Counted from the first letter of the stretch, positions 20,814-33,202 are shown. The stretch: 64,000 nucleotides of DNA from Clostridium sp. CAG:492 (GCA_000434335.1 FR878223.1:4420-68419); one strand, 5' to 3'. The notes: a model not told the origin generated them from the sequence alone. Numbers and translations are program-made.

Positions 20814-21331
20814 TGGAAGAAATAAAAAAAGACGAAAATCAAGAAGATGTAAAAAACAGCAAAAACAATAAAAAAGAGCTAGAAAAAATAAAAGCTTTAA
20901 TTGAGACACAAAAAAAAGAAATTGAAGAAAAAGATGATAGACTAAAAAGATTAATGGCAGAATTTGAAAACTTTAAAAAAAGAAGTAGCAAAGAAAGAGA
21001 AGGTCTATATAATTCTTTAATTGCAGATATAACATCTTCATTATTACCAATATTAGACAACCTTGAAAAAGCAGTTCAAGTTAAAACAGAAGATGAAAAT
21101 TTTAAACAAGGAATAGAACTTGTATTAAAACAATTTAAAGATGTTCTTACATCAAATGGTGTTACAGAAATAGAAACTATAGGTAAAACATTTGATCCAG
21201 AACTTCATGAAGCAATAACTTCTGTTGTTGATGAAAACTTAGGACCACAAGAAATTAAAGAAGAATACAGAAAAGGTTATATGATTGGAAACAAAGTAAT
21301 TAGACATTCATTAGTTGTTGTGGCTAACTAG
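20813..21331 (+). CDS. grpE: Nucleotide exchange factor GrpE
   Basis: Coiled-coil N-terminus, RLMAEFENFKKR, and FDPELHEA motif. The start overlaps the hrcA stop. Confidence 0.93.
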   Translation: MEEIKKDENQEDVKNSKNNKKELEKIKALIETQKKEIEEKDDRLKRLMAEFENFKKRSSKEREGLYNSLIADITSSLLPILDNLEKAVQVKTEDENFKQGIELVLKQFKDVLTSNGVTEIETIGKTFDPELHEAITSVVDENLGPQEIKEEYRKGYMIGNKVIRHSLVVVAN

Positions 21332-21476
21332 TAAAAAAGTTATTAATTAGTAAATTGAAAAATTTATTAATATATATAAATAAAAAAATAATAGGGAAAC
21401 CTATATAAAACAAAAGAATAAAATCATTTAAGTAAATAAGAAATTTAAAAGAAAATATTTTAGCACCCACTACTAA

Positions 21477-23366
<1,890 letters not shown>

Positions 23367-23380
23367 TAATTAAAATGAAG

Positions 23381-23421
23381 TGAGACATAAAAAAGAGACA
23401 TCTTAAAGTGTCTCACTTTTA
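23381..23421 (+). terminator. Hairpin / partial terminator between dnaK and dnaJ
   Basis: gtgagaca (23381-23388) pairs with tgtctcac (23410-23417) and is followed by tttt. Confidence 0.6.
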
Positions 23422-23455
23422 AAATGGAAAAGAAAAATGGAAAGGAATAGTTTAT

Positions 23456-24604
23456 ATGGCACAGAAAAGAGATTATTACGAAGTCCTAGGTGTAAGTAAA
23501 ACTGCAACAGATGATGAACTAAAAAAAGCATATAGAAAACTTGCTAAGCAATACCATCCAGATGCTAATCCTAATAATAAAGAAGAGGCAGAAAAAAAGT
23601 TTAAAGAAATAAATGAAGCATATGAAACTTTGTCAAATCCACAAAAAAGAAAAATGTATGATCAGTTTGGACCAGATGGACCACAAGGATTTGGCGGAGG
23701 TACTGGAGGTGCAAATTATTATTCAACAGGATTTGATGGCTTTTCAGATTTTGGTGACATAGGAGATATTTTTTCATCATTCTTTGGAGGAGGATTTGGA
23801 GGAAGAAGCTCTAGAAAAAATAATAACGGACCAGTACAAGGTGCAGATTTAAAATATAGTTTAGACATAACATTTGAAGAAGCATTTTTAGGAACAGAAA
23901 AGGAAATATCAATAACAAGAAGTGAAACTTGCACAGCTTGTGGTGGAAATGGTGCAAAACCTGGAACTGTTATAGATAAATGTAATGTATGCGGTGGAAC
24001 AGGTCAAATAAGACAAATACAAAATACAATATTAGGGCAAATGCAAACAACAAGAACTTGTTCAACATGTAATGGAACTGGAAAAATAATAAAACAGCCT
24101 TGCGAAATATGTAAAGGAAAAGGAAAAGTAAGAAAACAAACAAAAATAAAAGTAAAAATACCAGCAGGAATAGATGACAATCAAACAATAGTACTAAGAG
24201 GAGAAGGCGAAGCTGGTTCAAGAGGTGGAGCAAAAGGTGATTTATATATTGTAATAAGAGTAAAAAAACATAGTATATACACAAGGTCTGGAAATGATGT
24301 GTATTGTACAATACCAATAACATTTACACAAGCAACATTAGGGGCAGATTTAGAAATACCTATGGTAGATGGAACAAAAGAAAGTTACAAAATACCAGAG
24401 GGAACACAAACAGGTACAAAGTTCACAATAAGAAACAAAGGCTTCAAAAGCATAAATACATCAAGTCAAGGAAACTTCGTATTTAATGTACAAGTACAAG
24501 TACCAAAACGTTTAACGAAAGAGCAAAGAGACCTATTAACACAATTAGCAAAAACAATGAATGAACAACCTCCTGTAAAGAAAAAAGGAATATTTGGGTT
24601 TTAA
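23456..24604 (+). CDS. dnaJ: Co-chaperone DnaJ
   Basis: J domain with HPD, a G/F-rich linker, and four CxxCxGxG zinc motifs. Confidence 0.97.
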   Translation: MAQKRDYYEVLGVSKTATDDELKKAYRKLAKQYHPDANPNNKEEAEKKFKEINEAYETLSNPQKRKMYDQFGPDGPQGFGGGTGGANYYSTGFDGFSDFGDIGDIFSSFFGGGFGGRSSRKNNNGPVQGADLKYSLDITFEEAFLGTEKEISITRSETCTACGGNGAKPGTVIDKCNVCGGTGQIRQIQNTILGQMQTTRTCSTCNGTGKIIKQPCEICKGKGKVRKQTKIKVKIPAGIDDNQTIVLRGEGEAGSRGGAKGDLYIVIRVKKHSIYTRSGNDVYCTIPITFTQATLGADLEIPMVDGTKESYKIPEGTQTGTKFTIRNKGFKSINTSSQGNFVFNVQVQVPKRLTKEQRDLLTQLAKTMNEQPPVKKKGIFGF

Positions 24605-24650
24605 AAATAAATTATTGCTTTATTTAATTATATAGTAAAGCAATAAAAGG

Positions 24651-24678
24651 GATGCTATATTATATATAGCATCTTTTC
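24651..24678 (+). terminator. Rho-independent terminator after dnaJ
   Basis: gatgctatat pairs with atatagcatc and is followed by ttttc. Confidence 0.7.
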
Positions 24679-24770
24679 TACGGCTTCAAAAAAAACAAAA
24701 AAGTAGTAGACTTTTTTATAAATTTAGACTAAAATTATATACATAAATAAAAACATAGGAGGAAATTTAT

Positions 24771-25301
24771 ATGAATATTTGGCATGATATAAATGGAGAG
24801 AGAATAAAAAAGGATAACTTTGTATCAGTTATTGAAATACAAAAAAACGGAAGAAATAAATATGAACTAGACAAAGAAACAGGAATGTTAAGATTAGATA
24901 GAATTCTATATACAGCAACTCATTATCCTGCAAACTACGGATTTATTCCTCGTACATATGCAGGAGATGGAGACCCACTAGATGTACTTGTAATTTGTCA
25001 CGAAGAAATAGTACCACTAACATTAGTAGAAACATATCCAATAGGTGTATTAAAAATGATTGATGGTGGAGAAGAAGATGAAAAAATAATAGCGATACCA
25101 GTAAATGATCCATACTTAAATAACTATAAAAATATAACAGAATTACCAACACAATTATTAGATGAAATAATGCACTTTTTTGAAGTATATAAACAATTAG
25201 AAAGAAAACAAACATCTGTAGATAAAATGTTAGGAAGAGATGAAGCTGAAGCAATTGTAGAAAAATGTATTAACAATTATAAAGAAAAATTCGAAAGATA
25301 G
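24771..25301 (+). CDS. ppa: Family I inorganic pyrophosphatase
   Basis: 176 aa. YPANYGFIP and DGDPLDVLV motifs. Confidence 0.92.
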   Translation: MNIWHDINGERIKKDNFVSVIEIQKNGRNKYELDKETGMLRLDRILYTATHYPANYGFIPRTYAGDGDPLDVLVICHEEIVPLTLVETYPIGVLKMIDGGEEDEKIIAIPVNDPYLNNYKNITELPTQLLDEIMHFFEVYKQLERKQTSVDKMLGRDEAEAIVEKCINNYKEKFER

Positions 25302-25316
25302 GAGTAAAAAAGCAGT

Positions 25317-26516
25317 ATGATAGAAAAAATACTATTTAATGTACTAGCTTTTGCAATATTTATATCTATATTTTGGAAATTAATAAAACGAAATGATACG
25401 ACATATGTATATATATTAATATTAGAATTTTTAGGAATTGGTGCTAGATTTGTCAGTATATTAAATAATATTAAATTAAACTTTATTAGTATATTAATAA
25501 TATACATAATGGCAGTAATAATTCCTATAATAATAATGCTTCTTGAAAAAAATAATATATTTCTATCAGAAATTATATGTATTTCTATTGCTAAATTGAA
25601 TTTTAAATATGGAAATAATGAAATAGCAAGAAAAAAACTAATAAAACTTATTTCTAAATATCCAAATAGCTATTATGCACATAAACTATTAGCTCAAATA
25701 TATGAAAGTGAAGAAAAGTATGAAGAGGCAATTGATGAGTATGTGAAGGCAATAGAAATTAATACTAAAGATTATGATTCATATTATCAAATTGCGTTTT
25801 TACTAAATAAAAATTCAAAGCAAGAAGAAGCAGAGGAAATGCTAGAAGATTTATTAGCAAAAAAGCCTGAATATTATAAAGCATCTGAGCTATTAGGAAC
25901 AATTTTATATGACCAAGAAAAGTTTAAACAAGCTGTTTCAGTATATTTAGAAGCATTAAAATATAATCCAACGCGATATGAGTTATATTATGGATTGGGA
26001 ATGACATATACGAGATTAAATGATTTTCAAACTGCAAAGGAATATTATGAAAAAGCAGCAGCTATAAATTCAATGTTATATCATGCTAGATTAAATATTG
26101 CGCAAATTGCATTGATAACAGGAGAGCTAGATGAAGCAGAGGCAAGATTTATAGATTGTATGCAAGATAAAGATTCTGAACCAGATGCATATTATTATTT
26201 GGCAATAATTTGTTTAATGAAGGGTGAAGAAGATAAGGCTGTTGGATATGTGAACATTGCAATTGAATTAGATTATAGATTTTATAAGAAAGTTAGTAAG
26301 CAGGAAATTTTTGAACCTATAATGGATCAAATAAGATCTGGACAAAGCAAAAAGCGTAAATATCACTATACTTATGAAGAAGTGAGAACTAAGAAGCATC
26401 TTGATGATACATTTTGTTTAATTGAGAAGATGAAGAATAATAATTCTAAGTTTGATGGGAATAGTGATAAAAAAGTGGAAAAAGAATTGGAAAATAATGA
26501 TTACGAGAGGGAATAA
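25317..26516 (+). CDS. Membrane-anchored tetratricopeptide-repeat (TPR) protein
   Basis: Three N-terminal TM helices followed by repeated TPR-like units (YYAHKLLAQIYESEEKYEEAIDEYVKAIEIN...). Confidence 0.75.
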   Translation: MIEKILFNVLAFAIFISIFWKLIKRNDTTYVYILILEFLGIGARFVSILNNIKLNFISILIIYIMAVIIPIIIMLLEKNNIFLSEIICISIAKLNFKYGNNEIARKKLIKLISKYPNSYYAHKLLAQIYESEEKYEEAIDEYVKAIEINTKDYDSYYQIAFLLNKNSKQEEAEEMLEDLLAKKPEYYKASELLGTILYDQEKFKQAVSVYLEALKYNPTRYELYYGLGMTYTRLNDFQTAKEYYEKAAAINSMLYHARLNIAQIALITGELDEAEARFIDCMQDKDSEPDAYYYLAIICLMKGEEDKAVGYVNIAIELDYRFYKKVSKQEIFEPIMDQIRSGQSKKRKYHYTYEEVRTKKHLDDTFCLIEKMKNNNSKFDGNSDKKVEKELENNDYERE

Positions 26517-26546
26517 CAACTTTTATTTGAATGAATATAATGTGAA

Positions 26547-26582
26547 TAGACCGAGGTTTCTTAATAAGGTCTATTTTTTTTT
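26547..26582 (+). terminator. Rho-independent terminator after the TPR gene
   Basis: tagacc pairs with ggtcta and is followed by a run of 9 T. Confidence 0.6.
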
Positions 26583-26614
26583 GTGTTGTATAAAATTGTG
26601 AAGGAGTGGTTTTT

Positions 26615-27442
26615 ATGAAGAATATTGCTGTTGTTGGTGGAGATATGCGTAATCGTATATTGACGGAATTGTTGAGAGATGGTGGAGATAATGTTTTTTC
26701 GTTTGCTCTTGGGGATGAGGAAAATGGGGATTTTTTGAGTGTTATAAATAGATGTGATTATGTGATTACGCCGACTCCTTTTTCTAAGGATGGTGAGGTT
26801 TTGTTTTGTCCGTTGTCTGATAAGAGTGTGTTAGTTGATGAGTTTGTTCGTTTGGTGAGGGAGAAGGTTGTTTTTGGTGGAGCTATTAAGAATGATATTG
26901 TTGATGAGCTTAAAAAATGTAATAGGGTTTTTGATTTTATGAAGGACGAAGATGTTGTTGTTAAGAATGCAATTCCTACGGCGGAGGGGGTTGTAAAGTT
27001 GATAATTGATAATACTTGTATAACTATTGATGATAGTAGAGTTGCTGTTTTGGGGTTTGGAAGAGTTGGTAAGAGAGTTGCTAAGGTTTTGAAGTGTTTT
27101 GGGGCTGATGTTTTTTGTTGTGATAGTAAAAAAGAAGAGGTTGCAAATATTGAAATGTGCGGTTATAATGTAGTTGATGAAAATTTTAATCTCAAAAATA
27201 TGGATGTTATTGTTAATACTGTTCCGCATTTGATTTTAGGGGAGACGGAATTAAAAAGCTTGGATAAAAATAAGACTTTGATTATTGATGTTGCATCAAA
27301 TCCGGGTGGTGTTGATTATGAATATGCAAATGCAAATAAATTTAGATGTATACATGAGTTAGGTATTCCTGGAAAAATTGCTGCTAGAACATCTGCAATA
27401 TATATACGAGATTTTATAAAAAATGTAATAAATGAGGTGTAA
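26615..27442 (+). CDS. dpaA: Dipicolinate synthase subunit A (SpoVFA/DpaA)
   Basis: IAVVGGDMRN, NAIPTAEG, VAVLGFGRVGK, VNTVP, IDVASNPGG and GIPGK. These are colinear with B. subtilis SpoVFA motifs recalled from memory. RBS gaaggag precedes the ATG at 26615. Confidence 0.85.
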   Translation: MKNIAVVGGDMRNRILTELLRDGGDNVFSFALGDEENGDFLSVINRCDYVITPTPFSKDGEVLFCPLSDKSVLVDEFVRLVREKVVFGGAIKNDIVDELKKCNRVFDFMKDEDVVVKNAIPTAEGVVKLIIDNTCITIDDSRVAVLGFGRVGKRVAKVLKCFGADVFCCDSKKEEVANIEMCGYNVVDENFNLKNMDVIVNTVPHLILGETELKSLDKNKTLIIDVASNPGGVDYEYANANKFRCIHELGIPGKIAARTSAIYIRDFIKNVINEV

Positions 27443-27445
27443 AAA

Positions 27446-27646
27446 ATGTTTAAAAGTGAAAAGGGAGATACATATATAAATTGGGTAATTATAATTTTAG
27501 TTGTATTAATATTTTCGGCAATTATTATAAGAGTTCTTGTTGGAGAAAATGGTTTGATTAATCAAAGAAAAGAAGATAAAATAAGAAATGAAACTGAAAA
27601 TAATATTGTAATTGAACTTACAAATGGAACTAAATTTGATTATTAA
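27446..27646 (+). CDS. Small single-pass membrane protein (66 aa), function unknown
   Basis: RBS gaggtg lies inside the dpaA 3' end, and the ATG is 3 nt after the dpaA stop. It has one TM helix (INWVIIILVVLIFSAIIIRVLV). Confidence 0.5.
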   Translation: MFKSEKGDTYINWVIIILVVLIFSAIIIRVLVGENGLINQRKEDKIRNETENNIVIELTNGTKFDY

Positions 27647-27662
27647 AAAAGGATGGAAAAAT

Positions 27663-28568
27663 ATGAACATAGGAATAGATATAGGAGGAAGCCATATAGG
27701 GGTTGGTGTAGTAAGTCCTGATGGAAAAATCTTAAAAAAGGTTGAAGAAAAAATTACTTATATTGAAAAAAATAATATAAAAGAATTTTTGGTAAATACA
27801 ATAGTAACAATTTTGAAAAAGTGGGAAGATGAAGAATTTGAGAAGATTGAAAAAATTGGAATTGGAATACCAGGAATTGTGAAAGATGATATTGTTAAAT
27901 ATAGTGTTAATTTAGGATTAAAAGATTTTGAATTGAAAAAAGAGCTACAAAAGAATTTTGAATATGCGGAAATTCATATAAAAAATGATGGTAAATGTGC
28001 TGGTTTGGCAGAAAAAAAATTAGGTGCATTACAAAATTATAAAGATTGTATTTTTATATGTTTAGGTACCGGAATAGGTGGTGCTGCTTTTTATAATGGA
28101 AAGTTGATTGTACCGGAAAGAAGCTCTGGATTTGAATTTGGACATATGATAATTCAAAAAAATGGTGAAGTTTGTAGATGTGGCAGTAAGGGCTGTTTTG
28201 AAATATATGGCTCAATGAGAAGATTTAAAAATGATATTAGATACAATTTAAATTTACCAGAAAATACAGATGGAGAAGAGCTGTTAAATATAGTAAAAAA
28301 TAATCAAACAAATCCTATTGTAAAAGAGATAATAGATGAATATATAGAAAATTTATGTATAGGTATATCAAATATAGTAGATATTCTAGAGCCACAGGCA
28401 ATATGTATTGGTGGTGGCTTCTCATACTATAAAGAAATTTTTTTAGAAAAATTTATAAACGAATTTTATAACGCAGATTATGTATTTTACAAAGAAAATA
28501 TGCCCAAAATAGTAATAGCAGAGCTAGGTAATGATGCTGGAATAATAGGTAGTGCATTATATGCTTAG
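27663..28568 (+). CDS. ROK-family glucokinase-like sugar kinase
   Basis: MNIGIDIGGSHIG, zinc motif CRCGSKGCFE. RBS aaggatgg precedes the ATG at 27663. Confidence 0.88.
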   Translation: MNIGIDIGGSHIGVGVVSPDGKILKKVEEKITYIEKNNIKEFLVNTIVTILKKWEDEEFEKIEKIGIGIPGIVKDDIVKYSVNLGLKDFELKKELQKNFEYAEIHIKNDGKCAGLAEKKLGALQNYKDCIFICLGTGIGGAAFYNGKLIVPERSSGFEFGHMIIQKNGEVCRCGSKGCFEIYGSMRRFKNDIRYNLNLPENTDGEELLNIVKNNQTNPIVKEIIDEYIENLCIGISNIVDILEPQAICIGGGFSYYKEIFLEKFINEFYNADYVFYKENMPKIVIAELGNDAGIIGSALYA

Positions 28569-28662
28569 GTACGATAAAAAATCTTATTATAATACAACAA
28601 TTATAACTTACGACAAAGAGTTATGTAGATGCACAAGTGAAATAATATGAGCAAATAAAGAG

Positions 28663-28694
28663 AAAAGATGTACAAAAAAGGTACATCTTTTTTC
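28663..28694. terminator. Bidirectional terminator between the ROK kinase gene and spoIVA
   Basis: aaaagatgtac pairs with gtacatctttt, with A/T runs on both sides. Confidence 0.75.
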
Positions 28695-28714
28695 ATATTA
28701 AGGTAGAATCATCA

Positions 28715-30196
28715 TTAAAGTATAATACAAATCAATCCGCCACTACCTTCATTAATAATTCTTTCCAAAGTTTCTTGTAATTTTCCTTGAGCTTCTTCTG
28801 GCATATGATACAATTTGCTTTGTAAGCCTTCATTAACAAGAGCGTGTAAACTTTTTCCAAAAATATTAGATTCCCAAATTTTTTGTGGGTCATTTTCAAA
28901 TTCTGAAAGTAAATAATTAACAAGCTCTTCTGATTGTCTTTCACTTCCAACAATAGGAGAAACTTCAGTTTCTATATTAGCTCTAATCATATGTATTGAA
29001 GGAGCAGTTGCCTTTAATTTAACGCCAAATCTTGAACCTTGTTTAACCATTTCTGGTTCATCAAGAATAAGTTCATCAATAGATGGTGTAACAATACCAT
29101 ATCCTTTTGATTTTACTTCTTCAAGAGCTGTGGCTACTTTATCATATTCTCGTTTTACCTGTGATAAGTTGGTAATTGTTGAAAATAAGTCACCTTCATT
29201 TGCAATTTCTACACCAGAAATTTCTGATATAATTTTGTAAAATAAATCATCAAGCAAATAAACTGTTAAATTAATTTCACCAGTACCAAGTGCAATTTCA
29301 TTAATACGTGTTTCAGAAATAATTTGAGTATCATTTAAATTTGAAACTTGAGTACGGACTTCTTTTAAAATTCGGACATCATTAAATGTTTCTTTTATTT
29401 CCTTATATAATTCAGCCTTTAACCAATGTGAAGAGCTTAAATTATCAACCCAGCGAGGAAAATTAATATTTATTCTTTCTACAGGAAATTCATATAAAAT
29501 GCTACTAAAAATTTTATTAATATCATCTAAAGAAAGATTTGTACAATCTGTGCAAACAACTGGATTAGAATATTTTGCTTCTAAGTCTCTTGCAAGATTT
29601 TTTGTTTCTTCAGAATATGGTGTAGCACTATTTAAAACAATAACAAAAGGTTTTTTTAGCTCTTTTAATTCAGAAACTACACGCTCTTCAGCTTGAATAT
29701 AATCTGCTCTTGGAATATCAGTAATACTTCCATCTGTAGTTACTAAAACTCCAATTGTAGAATGTTCTTGAATAACTTTTTTGGTACCAATTTCAGCTGC
29801 TTTTTCAAATGGAATTTCCTCTTCAGACCAAGGTGTTTTTACCATTCGAGGCATATCATCTTCCAAATATCCAATTGCATTATTTACTAAATAACCAACA
29901 CAATCAACAAGACGAGTTTTTAGCGAAATATCGCCATCTATTTTTATTTCAACAGCTTCATTAGGAACAAATTTGGGCTCTGTAGTCATAATTGTTTTTC
30001 CAGCTGCACTTTGTGGCAATTCATCTTTAGCTCTTTCTTGCTTATATGAATTATCTATATTTGGAATAACAAGTAAATCCATAAATTTTTTTATAAAAGT
30101 AGATTTACCAGTTCGGACAGGGCCAACCACACCAACATAAATATCACCATCAGTTCGTTTGGCAATATCTTCATATAATTTTACTTTATCTTCCAT
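28715..30196 (-). CDS. spoIVA: Stage IV sporulation protein A (spore-coat morphogenetic ATPase)
   Basis: 493 aa. Walker A GPVRTGKSTFIKKFM. The highly conserved SpoIVA architecture continues to the C-terminal GGLICIIL. Confidence 0.95.
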   Translation of the reverse strand: MEDKVKLYEDIAKRTDGDIYVGVVGPVRTGKSTFIKKFMDLLVIPNIDNSYKQERAKDELPQSAAGKTIMTTEPKFVPNEAVEIKIDGDISLKTRLVDCVGYLVNNAIGYLEDDMPRMVKTPWSEEEIPFEKAAEIGTKKVIQEHSTIGVLVTTDGSITDIPRADYIQAEERVVSELKELKKPFVIVLNSATPYSEETKNLARDLEAKYSNPVVCTDCTNLSLDDINKIFSSILYEFPVERININFPRWVDNLSSSHWLKAELYKEIKETFNDVRILKEVRTQVSNLNDTQIISETRINEIALGTGEINLTVYLLDDLFYKIISEISGVEIANEGDLFSTITNLSQVKREYDKVATALEEVKSKGYGIVTPSIDELILDEPEMVKQGSRFGVKLKATAPSIHMIRANIETEVSPIVGSERQSEELVNYLLSEFENDPQKIWESNIFGKSLHALVNEGLQSKLYHMPEEAQGKLQETLERIINEGSGGLICIIL

Positions 30197-30448
30197 TGAA
30201 AACCTCCTTAAAATTGCTATGCTATAAAATATAACATTGTAATCATTCGCTCAAATTTGTGAAAAATCACAATGAACAAGAAAAATAGTAGTTGTCATGT
30301 ACAATTAACCTTGTTCAATAATGTTAATAAATTATATTATTCAAAAAAATATATATGCACTAAACTTTAAAAAAATCATATTATGTATTAAAAAAAGCTT
30401 GATACAATCGCAAATATATGCTAAGATTAAGCCTATGAGGGTGATAAA

Positions 30449-31702
30449 ATGATGAAAAATTATGAAGAAACAATAGAAAAATTAAAAAAATACAATCAAA
30501 ATGAAATAGTAAATATTATGTCAAAAGTATATACAGAGGAAGAAAATGAAAGATTAATAGAACAATTAAATAGAATAGATTTAAATCAAGTAATGAATTT
30601 ATATAAAAATGCTAATAATATACCATTAATAGATGAAAGAAAAATTGAACATATAGAATATACAGATTTAAATAGTTTATCAGAAGAAAAATTCAAAGAA
30701 TATAAAAATATAGGAATTGATGTAATAAAAAATAACAAATATGCAGTAATTACAATGGCTGGAGGACAAGGAACAAGATTAGGTCACAAAGGTCCAAAAG
30801 GTACATTTAAAATAAATACTGTAAATGGAGAAAAATATTTATTTGAAATAATAGTTGAATCATTACAAAAAGCAAATAAAAAATATAATGTAGTAATACC
30901 TTGGTACATAATGACAAGTGAAGATAATAATGATCAAACAATACAATTCTTAAAAGAAAATAACTTTTTTGGTTATGATAAAAATAAAGTAAAGTTCTTT
31001 AAACAAGGAAAAGTTCCAATGGTTAAAGAAGATGGCAACATTGTAATAGACCAAAATAAATTAATAAAAGAAGCTTCAGATGGAAATGGAAGTATATACA
31101 AATCTTTAAAAGATGCTAATTTAATAAATCAAATGAAAGAAGATGGAATTGAGTGGATTTTTGTTGGAGGAGTTGACAATATACTATTAAAAATAGTTGA
31201 TCCAGTGTTAACTGGTTTAACAATAACAGAAAACAACTTAATATCATCAAAATCAGTTGTTAAGAAAAATGCAAAAGAGCGTGTTGGAGTATTTTGCAAA
31301 TTAAATGGTGTTCCAAAAGTAATTGAATATACTGAATTACCAGAAAAAATGGCTGAAGAAATTGGTAGTAATGGTCAATTAATGTATGGTGAAGTAAATA
31401 TTTTAAGTCATTTATTTAATATAAAGGCTTTAGAAAAATTATCAGAAGTTGATCTACCATATCATACTGCATATAAAAAATCTAACTATTTAGATGAAAA
31501 AGGAAATTTTGTAGAGGTAACAACACCAAATGCATATAAATTTGAATCTTATATATTTGATGGATTTAGTTTCTTTAATTCAATGAGTATACTAAGAGTA
31601 AAAAGAGAAGAAGAATTTGCACCTATAAAAAATCGTGAAGGTTCAGATAGCCCAGAAACAGCAGTAAATTTATATAATGAATATGTAAAAAAATATAATT
31701 AA
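30449..31702 (+). CDS. UDPGP-family sugar-1-phosphate uridylyltransferase (UDP-N-acetylglucosamine/UDP-sugar pyrophosphorylase-like)
   Basis: MAGGQGTRLGHKGPKGTF signature of the eukaryote-type UDPGP (UAP1-like) family. 417 aa. Confidence 0.85.
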   Translation: MMKNYEETIEKLKKYNQNEIVNIMSKVYTEEENERLIEQLNRIDLNQVMNLYKNANNIPLIDERKIEHIEYTDLNSLSEEKFKEYKNIGIDVIKNNKYAVITMAGGQGTRLGHKGPKGTFKINTVNGEKYLFEIIVESLQKANKKYNVVIPWYIMTSEDNNDQTIQFLKENNFFGYDKNKVKFFKQGKVPMVKEDGNIVIDQNKLIKEASDGNGSIYKSLKDANLINQMKEDGIEWIFVGGVDNILLKIVDPVLTGLTITENNLISSKSVVKKNAKERVGVFCKLNGVPKVIEYTELPEKMAEEIGSNGQLMYGEVNILSHLFNIKALEKLSEVDLPYHTAYKKSNYLDEKGNFVEVTTPNAYKFESYIFDGFSFFNSMSILRVKREEEFAPIKNREGSDSPETAVNLYNEYVKKYN

Positions 31703-31709
31703 AAAAAGG

Positions 31710-31755
31710 CGAATATATGAATAGAATAAAAATGAAATTCATATATTCGTCTTTT
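31710..31755. terminator. Bidirectional terminator
   Basis: cgaatatatgaat (31710-31722) pairs with attcatatattcg (31737-31749), followed by tctttt. Confidence 0.7.
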
Positions 31756-31772
31756 AGTGCATTAAAATGCAA

Positions 31773-32153
31773 CTACATTTGTTCATCGCCAGGTAAAAAA
31801 TAATCAACTATACCGTAAATTAAAGCACCTATAATTGCAGCCATCCATGAAATAACATAACCTGCTACAAAATATTGAGTAACATATAATATAACTGCAG
31901 ATAAAATAAATCCTACAAAGCCTTTTCCAAATGGACTAGCCTTTATTCCCGTAAATTTAGCAATTAAAAAGTCTATAACTGTTAAAACTATTGTTGCTAT
32001 TGCAAGTGACCAAAAATTACTAATTTCAAAACCAGGAGTGAAAAATGCTGTGATTGCTAAAACAATACCTGCAGTAATTAATCTACCGACAATTTGCCAA
32101 ACTGTATTAGTAGAATTTCCTGCCTGACTATTTTCCATATGATTATCTGACAT
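31773..32153 (-). CDS. Small 4-TM integral membrane protein (DUF360 / phage-holin-4_2-like or DUF2512-like)
   Basis: About 126 aa from the ATG at 32153 (RBS gggagg). It has four predicted TM helices. The family assignment is tentative. Confidence 0.6.
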   Translation of the reverse strand: MSDNHMENSQAGNSTNTVWQIVGRLITAGIVLAITAFFTPGFEISNFWSLAIATIVLTVIDFLIAKFTGIKASPFGKGFVGFILSAVILYVTQYFVAGYVISWMAAIIGALIYGIVDYFLPGDEQM

Positions 32154-32308
32154 AAAAACCTCCCTGTACACCAAAAAGTGTACGAACAATTTTTAATTGT
32201 TCAATTATATTATGAGCGAAAAAATGATTATTATACAAAATAATAATTGTAATATTCTAAAAAAAATGATAGAATTTGGATAATAATTTTTTGTAATAGG
32301 AAGTAAAA

Positions 32309-33202
32309 ATGGAAGAGCTAAAATCATGTAATATATGTCCACACAAATGCGGAGTAAATAGATTAAATGGAATAAAAGGAAGATGTAAGTGTGATAATAA
32401 AATAAAAATAGCACTAGCATCAGTCCATAATTATGAAGAGCCATGCATAAGTGGAAAAAATGGATCTGGAACAGTATTTTTTTCAAATTGTAATTTAAAT
32501 TGTATATATTGCCAAAATTATGAAATAAGTCAATTAGGAAAAGGCAAGGAAATAACAATAGAGCATTTGGCACAAATATTTATAAAACAGCAAGAAAAAA
32601 ATGTAAATAATATCAATTTAGTTACACCAACAATGTATGTTCCACAAATAATAGAAGCAATAAAAATTGCAAGAAAAAAAGGTTTAAATATACCAATAAT
32701 ATATAATTCAAATGGGTATGAAAATGTGGAAACAATAAAAAAATTAAATGGATATATTGATATTTATTTGCCAGATTTAAAATATTATTCTAATGAAATT
32801 GCAAAAAAGTATTCAAAAATAGATAATTATTTTGAAACAGCAATATCTGCAATAAAAGAAATGCAAAAACAAGTTGGAAATCCTATATTTAATGAAGAAG
32901 GAATTATACAAAAAGGTGTAATAATAAGGCATTTAATATTACCACATCACTTGCTAAATACAAAAAATATATTAAAATATGTAAAGGAAAATTTTGATGA
33001 AAATACATACATAAGTATAATGGCACAATATTTTCCAACATATAAAGCAAAAGAAGATAAATTAATAAATAGAAAACTAACGAAAAAAGAATATAAAGAA
33101 ATAGAAAATTATTTATATTTATTAAATTTAAAAAATGGATATATTCAAGAGCTTGGTGAACATGAAGAAGAATATGTGCCAAAATTTGATTTATCAGAAT
33201 AA
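32309..33202 (+). CDS. Radical SAM protein, PflX / pyruvate-formate-lyase-activase-like (COG1313)
   Basis: CNLNCIYCQN (CxxxCxxC) plus an N-terminal Cys cluster CNICPHKCGVNR. 297 aa. Confidence 0.8.
   Translation: MEELKSCNICPHKCGVNRLNGIKGRCKCDNKIKIALASVHNYEEPCISGKNGSGTVFFSNCNLNCIYCQNYEISQLGKGKEITIEHLAQIFIKQQEKNVNNINLVTPTMYVPQIIEAIKIARKKGLNIPIIYNSNGYENVETIKKLNGYIDIYLPDLKYYSNEIAKKYSKIDNYFETAISAIKEMQKQVGNPIFNEEGIIQKGVIIRHLILPHHLLNTKNILKYVKENFDENTYISIMAQYFPTYKAKEDKLINRKLTKKEYKEIENYLYLLNLKNGYIQELGEHEEEYVPKFDLSE

Noticed and set aside
30257-30272. ttgtgaaaaatcacaa palindrome upstream of spoIVA, resembling a CRP/FNR TGTGA...TCACA site. A similar gtgaaaaaatcaca occurs near 37467.
   Set aside because: The spacer is 4-5 nt instead of 6, and a short AT-rich palindrome is easily produced by chance here. 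I also could not place a convincing sigma-E promoter by eye, so none is annotated.
31773-32153. Holin-like 4-TM protein, considered as a hint of a prophage or lysis cassette.
   Set aside because: There is no endolysin, terminase, capsid, integrase or other phage gene nearby. The family assignment is itself tentative. It is more likely a housekeeping or sporulation membrane protein.
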